From contig OZ251459.1 of assembly GCA_965242525.1 (NCBI GenBank), positions 480,001-544,000 on the forward strand: a stretch of DNA of 64,000 bases, in the 5' to 3' direction. The notes beneath the pieces are model-generated. The model had not been told where the DNA came from and did not search any database. It saw only the letters and a list, made by a program, of their open reading frames with translations. Each line of letters begins with the position of its first letter. Positions within the stretch are counted from its first letter, which is position 1. Positions 10,110 to 19,664 of this stretch are shown here, piece after piece. Made by a program: the position numbers and the translations under genes. The DNA is from an uncultured Candidatus Binatia bacterium. Lineage in GTDB: Bacteria; Desulfobacterota; Binatia; UBA9968; JAJDTQ01.

Positions 10110-11264
10110 CTATCCGTCCAGGTGGAAGTACCGCACGCAGTTGTCCACGAGCATGGCCTGCCTCTCGTGGGCGGGCACCCCCTCGAAGTCCCGTTCCATG
10201 ACCTCGATGGAGTGCGGGTACTCGCTGGCGGCGTGGGCGAAGTCCGTGCCCCACATGAGCTTGTCGTAGCCGATGCACTCGCGCCGTTTGATGCCGATGG
10301 GGTCGTGCAGGAATCCCCAGTAGTTGTGCTTCCGCAGGTACTCGCTGGGCTTCCGTTCCAGGTAGCGGAGTCCCCAGAACTCGCGGATCATGGGCATGTA
10401 GCGCTGGTAATGGTCGTCTATCTGCCACAGGCCGTACTCGAACCAGCCGATCATGGTCTCGGCCCAGTACATCTTCAAACCGGGGAAGCGGTCCCACACG
10501 CCGGCGAAGGCCATCTGGGTGGCGCCCACCATGGCGCTGTTGGTGAAGCGGAAGAAGTAGTTCATGGGCTCCTTTACGTGGACGTCGGGACCGGGACTGC
10601 GTTCGTAGGGAAACGCCGGTTCGCCGTTGCCGGAGCCCATGTTGCCGGTGTTGTGGTTGGTCAACGCCACGCCCAAGTCCAGGGCCGCCTCCCAGAAGCG
10701 GTCGTCGTCGGCCGTGGGATGGCCCCGGCCGCTGGGGAAGCGGTCGAGCTTGACCCCCTTGAGCCCCAGGTCGGCGCAGTGCCGGAGCTCCCGGAGGGCG
10801 TCGTCTGCGCCGCTGGTCGGGATCACGCCCATGGGGATGATGCGGTCCGGCGCCGGCGCCATGTATTCCTCGGCCAGGAACTCGTTGTAGGCGCGCAGCA
10901 GCTCCCGGTAGAGGTCCCGGTCCGCGGCCTGCTCCAGGACGAAGGAGATCTGGGAGAAGACCACCTCGGCGTCGATGCCGTCCCGGTCCTGTTCCTCGAG
11001 TCGCTGCTCCGGCGGCCCGGTGCCGGCACAGGTCTCGAAAGTCGGCACCTGTGTGGCCATCTCTTCCTTGTTGACCCGGACGCTTCGTGTGACGCCGATG
11101 GTGTTGGGCTTGCCGCCATCCACCACCACCGCGTCCGAGCCGTTGGGCATCTTGACCCTCCGGGGCGCCCGGTCCCGCCACTTGGCCGCCACCCGGTCCC
11201 GCCATATGTCCGGGTTCAGGTCGATGTGGCCGTCCGCGGATATCACGTTGTACTCACGCGCCAT
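10110..11264 (-). CDS. Amidohydrolase_2 family protein
   Basis: ISADGH, LTNH, WAET, MWGTDFAH. Confidence 0.85.
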   Translation of the reverse strand: MAREYNVISADGHIDLNPDIWRDRVAAKWRDRAPRRVKMPNGSDAVVVDGGKPNTIGVTRSVRVNKEEMATQVPTFETCAGTGPPEQRLEEQDRDGIDAEVVFSQISFVLEQAADRDLYRELLRAYNEFLAEEYMAPAPDRIIPMGVIPTSGADDALRELRHCADLGLKGVKLDRFPSGRGHPTADDDRFWEAALDLGVALTNHNTGNMGSGNGEPAFPYERSPGPDVHVKEPMNYFFRFTNSAMVGATQMAFAGVWDRFPGLKMYWAETMIGWFEYGLWQIDDHYQRYMPMIREFWGLRYLERKPSEYLRKHNYWGFLHDPIGIKRRECIGYDKLMWGTDFAHAASEYPHSIEVMERDFEGVPAHERQAMLVDNCVRYFHLDG

Positions 11265-11572
11265 GAGCCGCTCCCTTGCGGAGGATTTTCCCGCCCTCCC
11301 CAACGCCGTTGCGAACTCATAGTATCTTTTTCCAGGGCTGACAACCCGTGTTGGCGCCCTTTTTCCGTCCCGGGTTCGCCATGCTTTTCGTCGTTGCATC
11401 CATCGCCGTCCTCGCAAGGGCGTTGAGTGTCTTCCATCGAGGATGATAAGCTGATAGGGAGGGTTTCGGAAGAGGGTGACGCATGGCGGCATGCGCCGCG
11501 GCTGGCCGACGCCTTCGGGATGCGACGCGGGGACAGTCGGGTGCGCACGCGCCGGAAGGGAGGTTCCCTGGC

Positions 11573-12079
11573 ATGGCGGAATACGGATTCGATACGCTGG
11601 AGGCGGCAGAGGCATTGGCTGCGGCCGGCATGGCGGAAGCCCATGCCAAGGCCATCGCCGTGACCATGCGCAAGGCGGTCACGCAAGGCGTGGCCACGAG
11701 CGGCGACGTCCGGCGCGTGGAAGACCGGATGGCGAGCCTCGAAGACCGGATAGCGACGGTCGAAGAGAACATGGCGACCAAGGCCGACGTCCGGCGCGTG
11801 GAAGACCGGATGGCGAGCCTCGAAGACCGGATGGCGACGGTCGAAGAGAACATGGCGACCAAGGCCGATCTCAGGCGTCTCGAAGACAAGATAGCGACGG
11901 TCGAAGAGAACGGGGCGACCAAGGCGGATCTCATGCGTCTCCAGGACGGGATGACCAACATCGAGGTCCGTGTCGATAACAAGCTCGCCCGTCTCGAGAC
12001 CCGGCTCGTGCTGACGGTCTTCGGGGCGGCGGGGTTGCTGTTCGCCGCCTTGAAGCTGTTTCCCGCGGGCGCGCCTTGA
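11573..12079 (+). CDS. DUF1640/CCDC90-like coiled-coil protein with C-terminal TM anchor
   Basis: FDTLEAAEALAAAG head, repeated (M)ATKAD motifs, heptad stalk, hydrophobic C-terminus; GGGAGG RBS. Confidence 0.75.
   Translation: MAEYGFDTLEAAEALAAAGMAEAHAKAIAVTMRKAVTQGVATSGDVRRVEDRMASLEDRIATVEENMATKADVRRVEDRMASLEDRMATVEENMATKADLRRLEDKIATVEENGATKADLMRLQDGMTNIEVRVDNKLARLETRLVLTVFGAAGLLFAALKLFPAGAP
11705..11930 (+). repeat. 81-bp (27-aa) intragenic tandem repeat plus a shorter third unit
   Basis: gacgtccggcgcgtggaagaccgg..gcgaccaaggcc at 11705 and 11786, near-identical. Confidence 0.9.
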
Positions 12080-12132
12080 CGCGGTTTCGGGATCGAGCCT
12101 GCAAGGACGGACGGCGGAGGAGGCGCCCGGTC

Positions 12133-12986
12133 ATGACGAAACGGGAAATCCTGGAAACCCCGGCGGATTCGGTGGAGGCGGTGGTGAACTACCTGCTGGA
12201 CACGGGGGTGAAGCCCGTCACCCACACCGCGGAGTTCGGCGCCACTCCGGTGGAGCGCTCCGGGACCTTCGAACCCCGCACGGTGACGGTCCACAACGCG
12301 CGTCCCGCGGCGGACGGTCTGTCGCTGGAGCGGGAAGGGTTCGTCTTCGTGCGCCACGATACCCGCGTGGCCGACTTCTACGACGAGGAACAGGTCCGCT
12401 CCGTTTACTACCCGGAGGTGGACGCTCTGGTGAAGCGACTGACCGGCGCCTCCCGGGTCGTCATCTTCGACCATACCCTGAGGGCCCAGGACGACGGTCT
12501 CCGGGCCGAGAAGAAGGTCCGGGAGCCGAACCGGTCCGTGCACAACGACTACACCGAGTGGTCGGCGCCCAGGCGGGTCCGGGACCTCCTGCCCGAAGAC
12601 GAGGCGGAGGCGCTGCTCCGGGGCCGGTTCGCCATCGTCCAGGTGTGGCGGCCGATCCGGAACCCGGTGCGGACCAACCCCCTCGCCATCGCCGACGCGC
12701 GCACCCTCTGGAGCCGCGGGACCTGGTCCCGGCCCAGCGCAGCTATCCCGACCGCGTGGGCGAGACCTACCGGATCACCTACAACCCTGCCCACCGCTGG
12801 TTCTACTTCCCGGCCATGACGCGGAACGAGGCCATCGTCTTCAAGGTCTTCGATTCCGAGAAGGACGGGCGGGCGCGGTTCACCGCCCACACTTCCTTCG
12901 ACGACCCCGCCAGCCCGCCGGGGGCGCCGGCCCGGGAGAGCATCGAGATGCGGACGCTGGCGTTCTTCGAGGCGCCGGCGTCGTGA
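12133..12986 (+). pseudogene. CmcJ/NvfI/AsaB-family Fe/2OG-like oxidoreductase, frameshifted near 12706
   Basis: N-half LEREGF..FDHTLR..VHNDYT..VQVWRP..NPLAIADART; C-half in another frame HRWFYFPAM..FKVFDS..FTAHTSF..RESIEMR. Removing one CT from ACCCTCTGGAG joins them. Confidence 0.8.
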
Positions 12987-13044
12987 CGCGGGAGGCGCGC
13001 CGTGGGGAGGCAGGGGCCTCGACCGGCGGCCCCGGGGAGCGAAC

Positions 13045-13938
13045 ATGGAAAGCCTGAGAGGCATCTACATCCCGTTGCCGACGCCGTTCACCGACGCCGG
13101 CGCGGTGGACGAGGGCGCGGTCCTGGCGCTGGCGGACTTCTACGTGGAAGCCGGCGTCCACGGCCTGTTCGTGCTGGGCACCTTCGGCCAGGGTCCGGCG
13201 CTGACCCCGGACGAACGCAAGCGCACCGCGAAGCTCGTCATCGACCGGGTGGCCGGACGCATTCCGGTGGTGGTCCACGCGGGCGCCGCGGACACGCCCA
13301 CCACCATCCACCTGTCCCTGGACGCCAGGGACCGGGGGGCCGACGTGGTGGGCGTGGTGCCGCCTTATTATTTCGACCACCTGGACGACGAGGTGCTCGC
13401 CCACTACGTCAAGGTATATGAGGCCATCCGGTATCCGATGTTCATCTACAACAACGCGGTGAACAGCGGCTATCGCATGACCGCGCCGTGGACGGCGCAG
13501 TTGGCCCGGGAAGTCCCGGAAGCCTGCGGCATCAAGATGTCGTTCATCCCGCTGGAGCAGCAACTGGCCTTCGTGCGCGCGCTGCCCGCGAGCTGCGCGG
13601 TGTTCTCGGGCTCCGCCACCCTCCTCATGCCGGGGGCCTTGTGGGGCCTTGCCGGATCCATCCACCCGCTGACCGTGGCCGTGCCCGAGCTGCTGGTGAA
13701 CCTCTGGGACGCCACCCTGGCGGGCAGGCTCCGGGAGGCGGTGGAGCTGCAGCGGCGGGTGGTCGAGTTCACCGCGGTGGTCAGCGACCTCCAGCGGGTG
13801 GTGGGCCGCTCGGTGCTGCGGGAGTCCCTCAAGCTGCGGGACCTGCCGGTGGTGTCTTTCCCCAGGTGGCCCACCAGGGACATGAGCAGCGAGCAGGCGG
13901 CCAGGTTGAAGAACGCGCTGGCCGCGGCCCGGGACTGA
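13045..13938 (+). CDS. Dihydrodipicolinate synthase/NAL-family aldolase
   Basis: PTPF, GLFVLGTFGQG, VVPPYY, IYNN, GIKMS. Confidence 0.85.
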   Translation: MESLRGIYIPLPTPFTDAGAVDEGAVLALADFYVEAGVHGLFVLGTFGQGPALTPDERKRTAKLVIDRVAGRIPVVVHAGAADTPTTIHLSLDARDRGADVVGVVPPYYFDHLDDEVLAHYVKVYEAIRYPMFIYNNAVNSGYRMTAPWTAQLAREVPEACGIKMSFIPLEQQLAFVRALPASCAVFSGSATLLMPGALWGLAGSIHPLTVAVPELLVNLWDATLAGRLREAVELQRRVVEFTAVVSDLQRVVGRSVLRESLKLRDLPVVSFPRWPTRDMSSEQAARLKNALAAARD

Positions 13939-13996
13939 CGGGGACGGGCGCAGCCATGGCCGGACCGGCGATGTCCGGGCGTCGGAGGGAACCGCT

Positions 13997-14704
13997 ATGA
14001 ATCCGAAGGAATGGCGCAAGGAGCTCGGAGGGATCGTCCGGGAGTTCTTCCTCTCGCCGGAGATGGCCCAGTTCTACGGCACGAAGGTCACCCTGGAGCG
14101 GGCGCGGCTCTACCTGTCGCAACTGGGGATCTACGTCCGGCAACGGCGGCACTACTGGCCCCAGGTGGCCGCCAACTGTCCGGAGTTCGTGGTGAAGCAG
14201 CGGATCCTGTCCCACGAGTACGAGGAGCTGGTGGAGGACGAGTACTCCTCCGCGGGACACTTGGACCTGATCTTCCGGCAGGGGAGGGAAGTGGGCCTCA
14301 GCGAGCGGGAGGTGCTGGACGCCGAGCCCCTGCCCACCACCCGGGCGGCCATCTACGGCTGGTGGTGGATCGCCCGGACCCGCCCGTGGCAGGAGGCGCT
14401 GGCCGCGTCCACCATCGCCGAGTGGACCAACGACGACCGCCTGTTGGGGGACATCGGCGGCGGCAACTGCGGCCGGCTCTACGAGAGCTGGAGCCGCGAC
14501 CTGGACTTCACCGACGAGCAGATGCCCAACTTCACCGCCCATCGGGCCGCGGACGAGAAGCACTCGGAACTGTTCCTGGACATCTTCGAGCGCTTCGTGC
14601 CCGCGGGCGCGGAGGAGAGCCTGCTGAAGACCGCCAGGGAGTCCATGGACATCCACCGGGCCTATTTCGGAGGCATGGCCGCGGCCATGGCGCGGCTGTC
14701 GTGA
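13997..14704 (+). CDS. Heme-oxygenase-like diiron oxidase (CADD/PqqC/TenA fold)
   Basis: EEL..GH, AEW and H-x3-D-x2-H (HRAADEKH) ligand set; PLPTT motif. Confidence 0.75.
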   Translation: MNPKEWRKELGGIVREFFLSPEMAQFYGTKVTLERARLYLSQLGIYVRQRRHYWPQVAANCPEFVVKQRILSHEYEELVEDEYSSAGHLDLIFRQGREVGLSEREVLDAEPLPTTRAAIYGWWWIARTRPWQEALAASTIAEWTNDDRLLGDIGGGNCGRLYESWSRDLDFTDEQMPNFTAHRAADEKHSELFLDIFERFVPAGAEESLLKTARESMDIHRAYFGGMAAAMARLS

Positions 14705-14717
14705 GCGGGGGCGGCGG

Positions 14718-15719
14718 ATGAAGAGGGACCTGGAAGACCTGAACGAATCGCTGGCGCGGCGCGACCTGTCGGGCTTCTGGAACACGCGCATCCCCGAGCA
14801 CCGGGACGAAGCGCCCTATTTGTGGAAGTGGCGGGAGGTCTATCCGTGCCTCATGGACGCCCGAGAGTCCGTGGGGCTGGAGTTGGCGGAGCGCCGGGCC
14901 ATACGGCTGGTGAACCCCCAGAACCCGATCCGGGCCACGTCCCGGACCCTGCTCTTCACCTTTTCCGTGGTGAACCCCGGCGAGGTGGCGCGGCCGCACC
15001 GGCACAACATGGCCGCGGTCCGCTTCGTGGTGAAGGGGAGCGGCGCCTTCACCCTGGTGGAGGGGGAGCGGTTCCCCATGGGCGAGGGCGACCTGGTCCT
15101 CACCCCCAACTGGACTTGGCACGAGCACCACAACCGGTCCGACGAGCCCATCGTCTGGCTCGACGGCTTGGACGGTCCCCTCGTCAACGCGTTGAACGTG
15201 CTCTTCTTCGAGAACCACGACCGGGACACCCAGGGGGTGACCCGGTCCGATGGCCACGCCCTGCGGCGGTTCGGCTTCGCCCGGCCGCCGTCCCGCCCGG
15301 ACTCTCCGGGCCGGGGCCTGCCGTTCCGCTACCGCTGGGAGGACACCCATGCCTCCTTGCGGGAGGTGGAGGACCGGGACGCGGACCCTTTCGACGGCCA
15401 CTTGGTCCGCTACGTCAACCCCGCCACCGGCGGCTACACCCTGGCCACCATGTCCTGCGAGGCGCAGCTCCTGAAGCCGGGCTGGTCCACCGGCGCCCAC
15501 CGCCACACCAGCACCGCCCTCTACCACGTGTTCCGCGGCTGCGGCCGCACCGCGGTGGGGGAGGGCTTCCTCGAATGGGAGCAGGGCGACTCGTTCATGG
15601 TCCCCAACTGGCAGTGGCACCGTCACGAGAACCCCTTCGACCGGGAGGCGGTGCTCTTCTCCATCAACGACCGCCCGGTGCTGGAGGCCCTGGAGCTCTA
15701 CCGGGAAGAAGCGTCGTGA
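14718..15719 (+). CDS. Gentisate 1,2-dioxygenase-like bicupin
   Basis: AERRAIRLVNP, RPHRHNMAAVRFVVKG, WTWHEH, WLDGLD, YVNPATGG, HRHTS. Confidence 0.88.
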   Translation: MKRDLEDLNESLARRDLSGFWNTRIPEHRDEAPYLWKWREVYPCLMDARESVGLELAERRAIRLVNPQNPIRATSRTLLFTFSVVNPGEVARPHRHNMAAVRFVVKGSGAFTLVEGERFPMGEGDLVLTPNWTWHEHHNRSDEPIVWLDGLDGPLVNALNVLFFENHDRDTQGVTRSDGHALRRFGFARPPSRPDSPGRGLPFRYRWEDTHASLREVEDRDADPFDGHLVRYVNPATGGYTLATMSCEAQLLKPGWSTGAHRHTSTALYHVFRGCGRTAVGEGFLEWEQGDSFMVPNWQWHRHENPFDREAVLFSINDRPVLEALELYREEAS

Positions 15720-15734
15720 CCGGGAGGCGACCCC

Positions 15735-17213
15735 ATGGCGAGACCCCAGCGTAGGCAGGCGCCGGAACTGACGCCGTTCGACGACCTCCGGGCATGGCTC
15801 GGGCAGGTGGAGGGGATCGGCCAGTTGGAACGGGTCTCCGGGGCGCACTGGGACCTGGAGATCGGGGCCCTGAACGAGATCGTGTGCGAGCGGCTGCCGG
15901 CCCCGCCGGCGCTCCTGTTCGACCGGGTGGCCGGCCACCGCGGGGACGGGCGCGTGCTGGTCAACATGATGGAGACCATGGAGCGCACCGCGCTGACCCT
16001 CGACCTGCCCCTGGACCTCGGCGCCATCGAAGTCATCCACCGGCTGCGCACGCGGCTCGGACGGCTGGCGCCGGTGGAGCCCCGGGTGCTGGATACGGGT
16101 CCGGTGCTGGAGAACCGCCGCACGGGCAAGGACATCGACATCCTCCACGTCCCCGTGCCGCGCTGGCACTCGGGCGACGGCGGCCGCTACCTGGGCACCG
16201 CGCACCTGGTGGTCACCCGCGACCCGGAGACGGGGGCGGAGAACGTGGGCTGCTACCGGGTCATGGTCCACGAGCCGGACAAGGTGGCCCTCTACATCTC
16301 CCCGGGCAAGCACGGCCGCATGCACATGGAGAAGACCCTGCGGGCGGGCAAGCCGGTCCCGGTGGCCATGGCCTTCGGCCAGCATCCGCTGATGTTCGTG
16401 GCCGCGTCCCAGGCGGTGCCCCCGGGCATGAGCGAGTACGCCTGGGCGGGCGGGCTGGTGGGGCAGCCCCTGAGCGTCATCGAGGCCCCTCTCACCGGCC
16501 TGCGGGTGCCCGCGGCCGCGGAGATCGTCATCGAAGGGGAGATCGTTCCCGGCGACACCCGTCCCGAAGGTCCCTTCGGCGAGTGGACCGGCTACTACGC
16601 CAGCGCGCGCCGGGCCGAGCCGGTGGTGCAATTGAAGGCCCTCTACCACCGGGACGACCCCATCCTCACCGGGGCGCCGCCGTTCCGGCCCACGGTCCAC
16701 GGCATGTACCGCTCCATGCTGCGGTCGGCCATGATCTGGAACGGGGTGGAGCAGGGCGGCGTGCCGGACGTCCGCGGCGTCTATGTGCCGCCGCCGGCCC
16801 AGCGTTTCCTGATCGTGGTGGCGGTCCGGCAGCGCTACCCGGGCCACGCCAAGCAGGCGGCGCTCATGGCCGCCCAGTGCCACGCGGGCGCCTACCTCGG
16901 CCGCTACGTGGTGGTGGTGGACGACGACGTGGACATCACCAACCTCGACGAAGTGGTGTGGGCCATGTGCACGCGCTCGAACCCCGAGGAGTCCATCGAC
17001 ATCCTCCGCCGCACCTGGAGCGGCCCGCTGGACCCCATCATCCCCCGGGAGCGCAAGGGCCTGAACTCCCGCGCCATCATCGACGCAACCCGGCCTTTCG
17101 AGTGGAAGGAGCAGTTCCCCGCGGTGAGCCGCATGGACCCAGGGACCCGGGACCGGGTGTCCGCGGAGTGGAAGGACGAGCTCGACCGGGTGGTGCGGGG
17201 ACACCGGCGGTAG
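15735..17213 (+). CDS. UbiD-family (prFMN-dependent) decarboxylase
   Basis: DGGRYLGT, NVGCYR, VPAAAEIVIEG, EGPFGEWTGYY, VVVDDDVD. Confidence 0.92.
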   Translation: MARPQRRQAPELTPFDDLRAWLGQVEGIGQLERVSGAHWDLEIGALNEIVCERLPAPPALLFDRVAGHRGDGRVLVNMMETMERTALTLDLPLDLGAIEVIHRLRTRLGRLAPVEPRVLDTGPVLENRRTGKDIDILHVPVPRWHSGDGGRYLGTAHLVVTRDPETGAENVGCYRVMVHEPDKVALYISPGKHGRMHMEKTLRAGKPVPVAMAFGQHPLMFVAASQAVPPGMSEYAWAGGLVGQPLSVIEAPLTGLRVPAAAEIVIEGEIVPGDTRPEGPFGEWTGYYASARRAEPVVQLKALYHRDDPILTGAPPFRPTVHGMYRSMLRSAMIWNGVEQGGVPDVRGVYVPPPAQRFLIVVAVRQRYPGHAKQAALMAAQCHAGAYLGRYVVVVDDDVDITNLDEVVWAMCTRSNPEESIDILRRTWSGPLDPIIPRERKGLNSRAIIDATRPFEWKEQFPAVSRMDPGTRDRVSAEWKDELDRVVRGHRR

Positions 17214-17221
17214 CGGCCCCG

Positions 17222-18355
17222 GTGGACGGACCCCTGCGGCGGATCGTCCTGCTGGGCGTGGGGCACGCCAACGCCCACGTGCTGCGCATGTGGCGCCGGC
17301 AGCCCATCCCCGGCGCCCGGCTCGTGTGCGTCTCGAGCTTCCCCGTGGCCGCGTACTCGGGGATGTTGCCCGCGGTCCTGGCCGGCCAGTACCCCCCCGG
17401 AAGCCTGGAGATCGACCTCCGCGGCCTTGCCCGCGCCGCGGGCGCCGAGTTGGTGGCGGCCCCCGCCCGCGCCGTGGACCTGGGGGCGCGGCAGGTCCGC
17501 TTCGAGGGACGGGAGCCGGTGGGCTTCGATCTGCTGTCCGTGGGGGTGGGGTCGGTCCCGGCCGCCCCGGGCAGGGAGGCGTCCGGCGGCGCGCCGGTCC
17601 CGGTGAAGCCCATGCAGACCTTCGTCGCGCGGCTGCGCGAGCGCCTGCACGGGCTGCGCCCGCGGGGCGGCGACCCGGTGCGGGTGCTGGTGGTGGGCGG
17701 CGGCGTTGGCGGCATCGAGCTCGCCCTGTGCCTGCCCGGGTACGTGCGCCGGACCGCGGGCCCGTTGCGCCTGGGCCTGGTGGACGCGGGAGAGAGCGTC
17801 GGCGCCGGACTGTCGCCCGGGGCGCTGCGCAAGGTGGAGCGGCTGCTGCGGGCGAGGGGAGTGGAAGTGCTCACGGGCAAGCGGGTGGTCCGGGTCGCCC
17901 AGGGGGAGGCTGTGTGCGCCGACGGCCGCCGCATCCCCGCGGACGTGGTGGTGCTGGCCACTGCCGCGGCGCCTCCGCCCGTCCTGGAGAGCATGGCCCT
18001 GCCCAAGGACCCGAGGGGCTTCCTGCTCGTCCGGGACACCCTCCAGTCCACGGGCGCGGCCCACGTCTTCGCGGTGGGCGACAGCGCCACGCTGGCGGAG
18101 GGAGGCGCGCCCAAGGCCGGGGTCCATGCGGTGCGCCAGGGACCGGTGCTGTGGCGCAACCTTCGTTCGCTGGCGCGCGGCGAGCCCCTGGCCCGGTACG
18201 CGCCCCAGCCCGACTTCCTGCGGCTGCTCAACACGGGCGACGGCAAGGCGCTGCTGGACTACCGGGGATGGACGGCCCACGCCCGCTGGTGCTGGTGGTG
18301 GAAGCACCGCCTCGACAATCGTTTCGTGTCGCGTTTCCGGGTCTCCGGAGGCTGA
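17222..18355 (+). CDS. FAD-dependent oxidoreductase resembling the N-terminal domain of SelD fusions (NDH-2-like)
   Basis: LLGVGHAN, YSGMLPA, VVGGGVGGIE, FAVGD, PKAGVHAVRQGP, WKHRLDNRF. GTG start inferred. Confidence 0.75.
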   Translation: MDGPLRRIVLLGVGHANAHVLRMWRRQPIPGARLVCVSSFPVAAYSGMLPAVLAGQYPPGSLEIDLRGLARAAGAELVAAPARAVDLGARQVRFEGREPVGFDLLSVGVGSVPAAPGREASGGAPVPVKPMQTFVARLRERLHGLRPRGGDPVRVLVVGGGVGGIELALCLPGYVRRTAGPLRLGLVDAGESVGAGLSPGALRKVERLLRARGVEVLTGKRVVRVAQGEAVCADGRRIPADVVVLATAAAPPPVLESMALPKDPRGFLLVRDTLQSTGAAHVFAVGDSATLAEGGAPKAGVHAVRQGPVLWRNLRSLARGEPLARYAPQPDFLRLLNTGDGKALLDYRGWTAHARWCWWWKHRLDNRFVSRFRVSGG

Positions 18356-18378
18356 CGCCCGCCCGGTTCACCGGGGCG

Positions 18379-19656
18379 CTACGGCGCCGACAGGTCGGTC
18401 GTCCGTTTCGGCGGCCGCACTCCCAGGCCGGTGGCGACGCCGGTCAGGGACGCGAGCAGGCTCGCCAGGAACATGACTTCGTAGGATCCCGTCAGGTCGT
18501 GCGCCAAGCCTCCCAGGAACGCGCCCAGCGCGCCCCCGGTATGGTGCACCCAGAGGATGGCGCCGGTGATGAGGCCGATGTTGCGGACGCCGTAGTAGTC
18601 GCCGGTCATGGCCGCGGCCAGCGGCGCGGTGGCCATCAGCGTGAACCCCATCAGCCACGCCGCCGCGGAGATGGCGGTTTCCCCGGAGGACAGGGCCAGC
18701 AGCGCGAAGGCGACCGCGCGCAGGAGGAACATGAAGGCCAGGGGGAGGGCGTGGCCCGCCTTCTCCACCAGGATCGGGAAGGTCAGCAGGCCCAGGGCGC
18801 TGAGCAGGCCGGCCACGCCCTGGACGTTCGAGGCGTGCTGGTTGGTGAGGCCCACGTCGGTGGCGAAGGGGATGAACTGGGTCAGGAAGAAGAAGTCGTG
18901 GAAGCCGCAGATGAAATAGCTCAGGGCCACGAAGAAGAATCCCCAGGAGCGGAAAGCCTCCCGGGGCGCGGTCTCCGTCGCGCGGAAGGAGGCCGGGGAC
19001 GCGAGGCCCCGGGCGGCCCGTCGATAGGGCGTCTGGGACACCTCCGCGGGCTCCTTCTTCATGACCGCCAGCGCGATGGGGAGCACCACCAGGCAGACCA
19101 GCAGCCCCAGGCCGACCCACGAGCCGCGCCAACCGTAGTGTGCGAGGGAGTACGCCAACCCCGGGACCACGATGAAGTGTCCGAAGGACGTGCCGGTGAT
19201 GGCGATGCCGCCCATGAGTCCCCGCAGGCTCCGGAACCACCGGGAGATGGTGGATGTGACCACGCCGATGGTGATCCCCGATATGCCCACCGCGGTGACG
19301 ACCCCGTAGTAGAGGTAGAGCTCCGGGAGCGATTGGGTGCGGGAGGTGAGCAGGAGGCCCGCGGCGGCCACCAGGGCCGAGACCGAGAAGAGCAGGCGGG
19401 GTCCGTACCGGTCCAGCAGCCTTCCCGCCACCATCTGCCCGAAGCCGAACACGAGCATGTTCAGGGTGTAGGCGAAGGTGACCGCGCTCCGGTCCCATCC
19501 GAACTCCGCGGCCAGCGGCTTGACCAGTATGCCGAAGGAGAAGCGCACCCCGCCGTCCACCACCAGGACGAGGAAGCCTCCCAGCAGGATGACCCAGCCG
19601 TAGAAGAACGGGTACGTGGACGGCGGACGGACCCGGTGCGGCGTCGGGGGTTGCAC
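18379..19656 (-). CDS. MFS transporter (OFA/MCT-like)
   Basis: FFYGWVIL, GRLLDRYGPR, ISRWF..RG, about 12 TM segments. Confidence 0.88.
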   Translation of the reverse strand: MQPPTPHRVRPPSTYPFFYGWVILLGGFLVLVVDGGVRFSFGILVKPLAAEFGWDRSAVTFAYTLNMLVFGFGQMVAGRLLDRYGPRLLFSVSALVAAAGLLLTSRTQSLPELYLYYGVVTAVGISGITIGVVTSTISRWFRSLRGLMGGIAITGTSFGHFIVVPGLAYSLAHYGWRGSWVGLGLLVCLVVLPIALAVMKKEPAEVSQTPYRRAARGLASPASFRATETAPREAFRSWGFFFVALSYFICGFHDFFFLTQFIPFATDVGLTNQHASNVQGVAGLLSALGLLTFPILVEKAGHALPLAFMFLLRAVAFALLALSSGETAISAAAWLMGFTLMATAPLAAAMTGDYYGVRNIGLITGAILWVHHTGGALGAFLGGLAHDLTGSYEVMFLASLLASLTGVATGLGVRPPKRTTDLSAP

Positions 19657-19664
19657 TGCGGTGG

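Noticed and set aside
14532-17204. Very long opposite-strand or alternative-frame ORFs (also 29419-32532, 32735-36229, 49629-52304)
   Set aside because: Shadow ORFs of high-GC coding DNA; low-complexity R/G/P/A content and no motifs.
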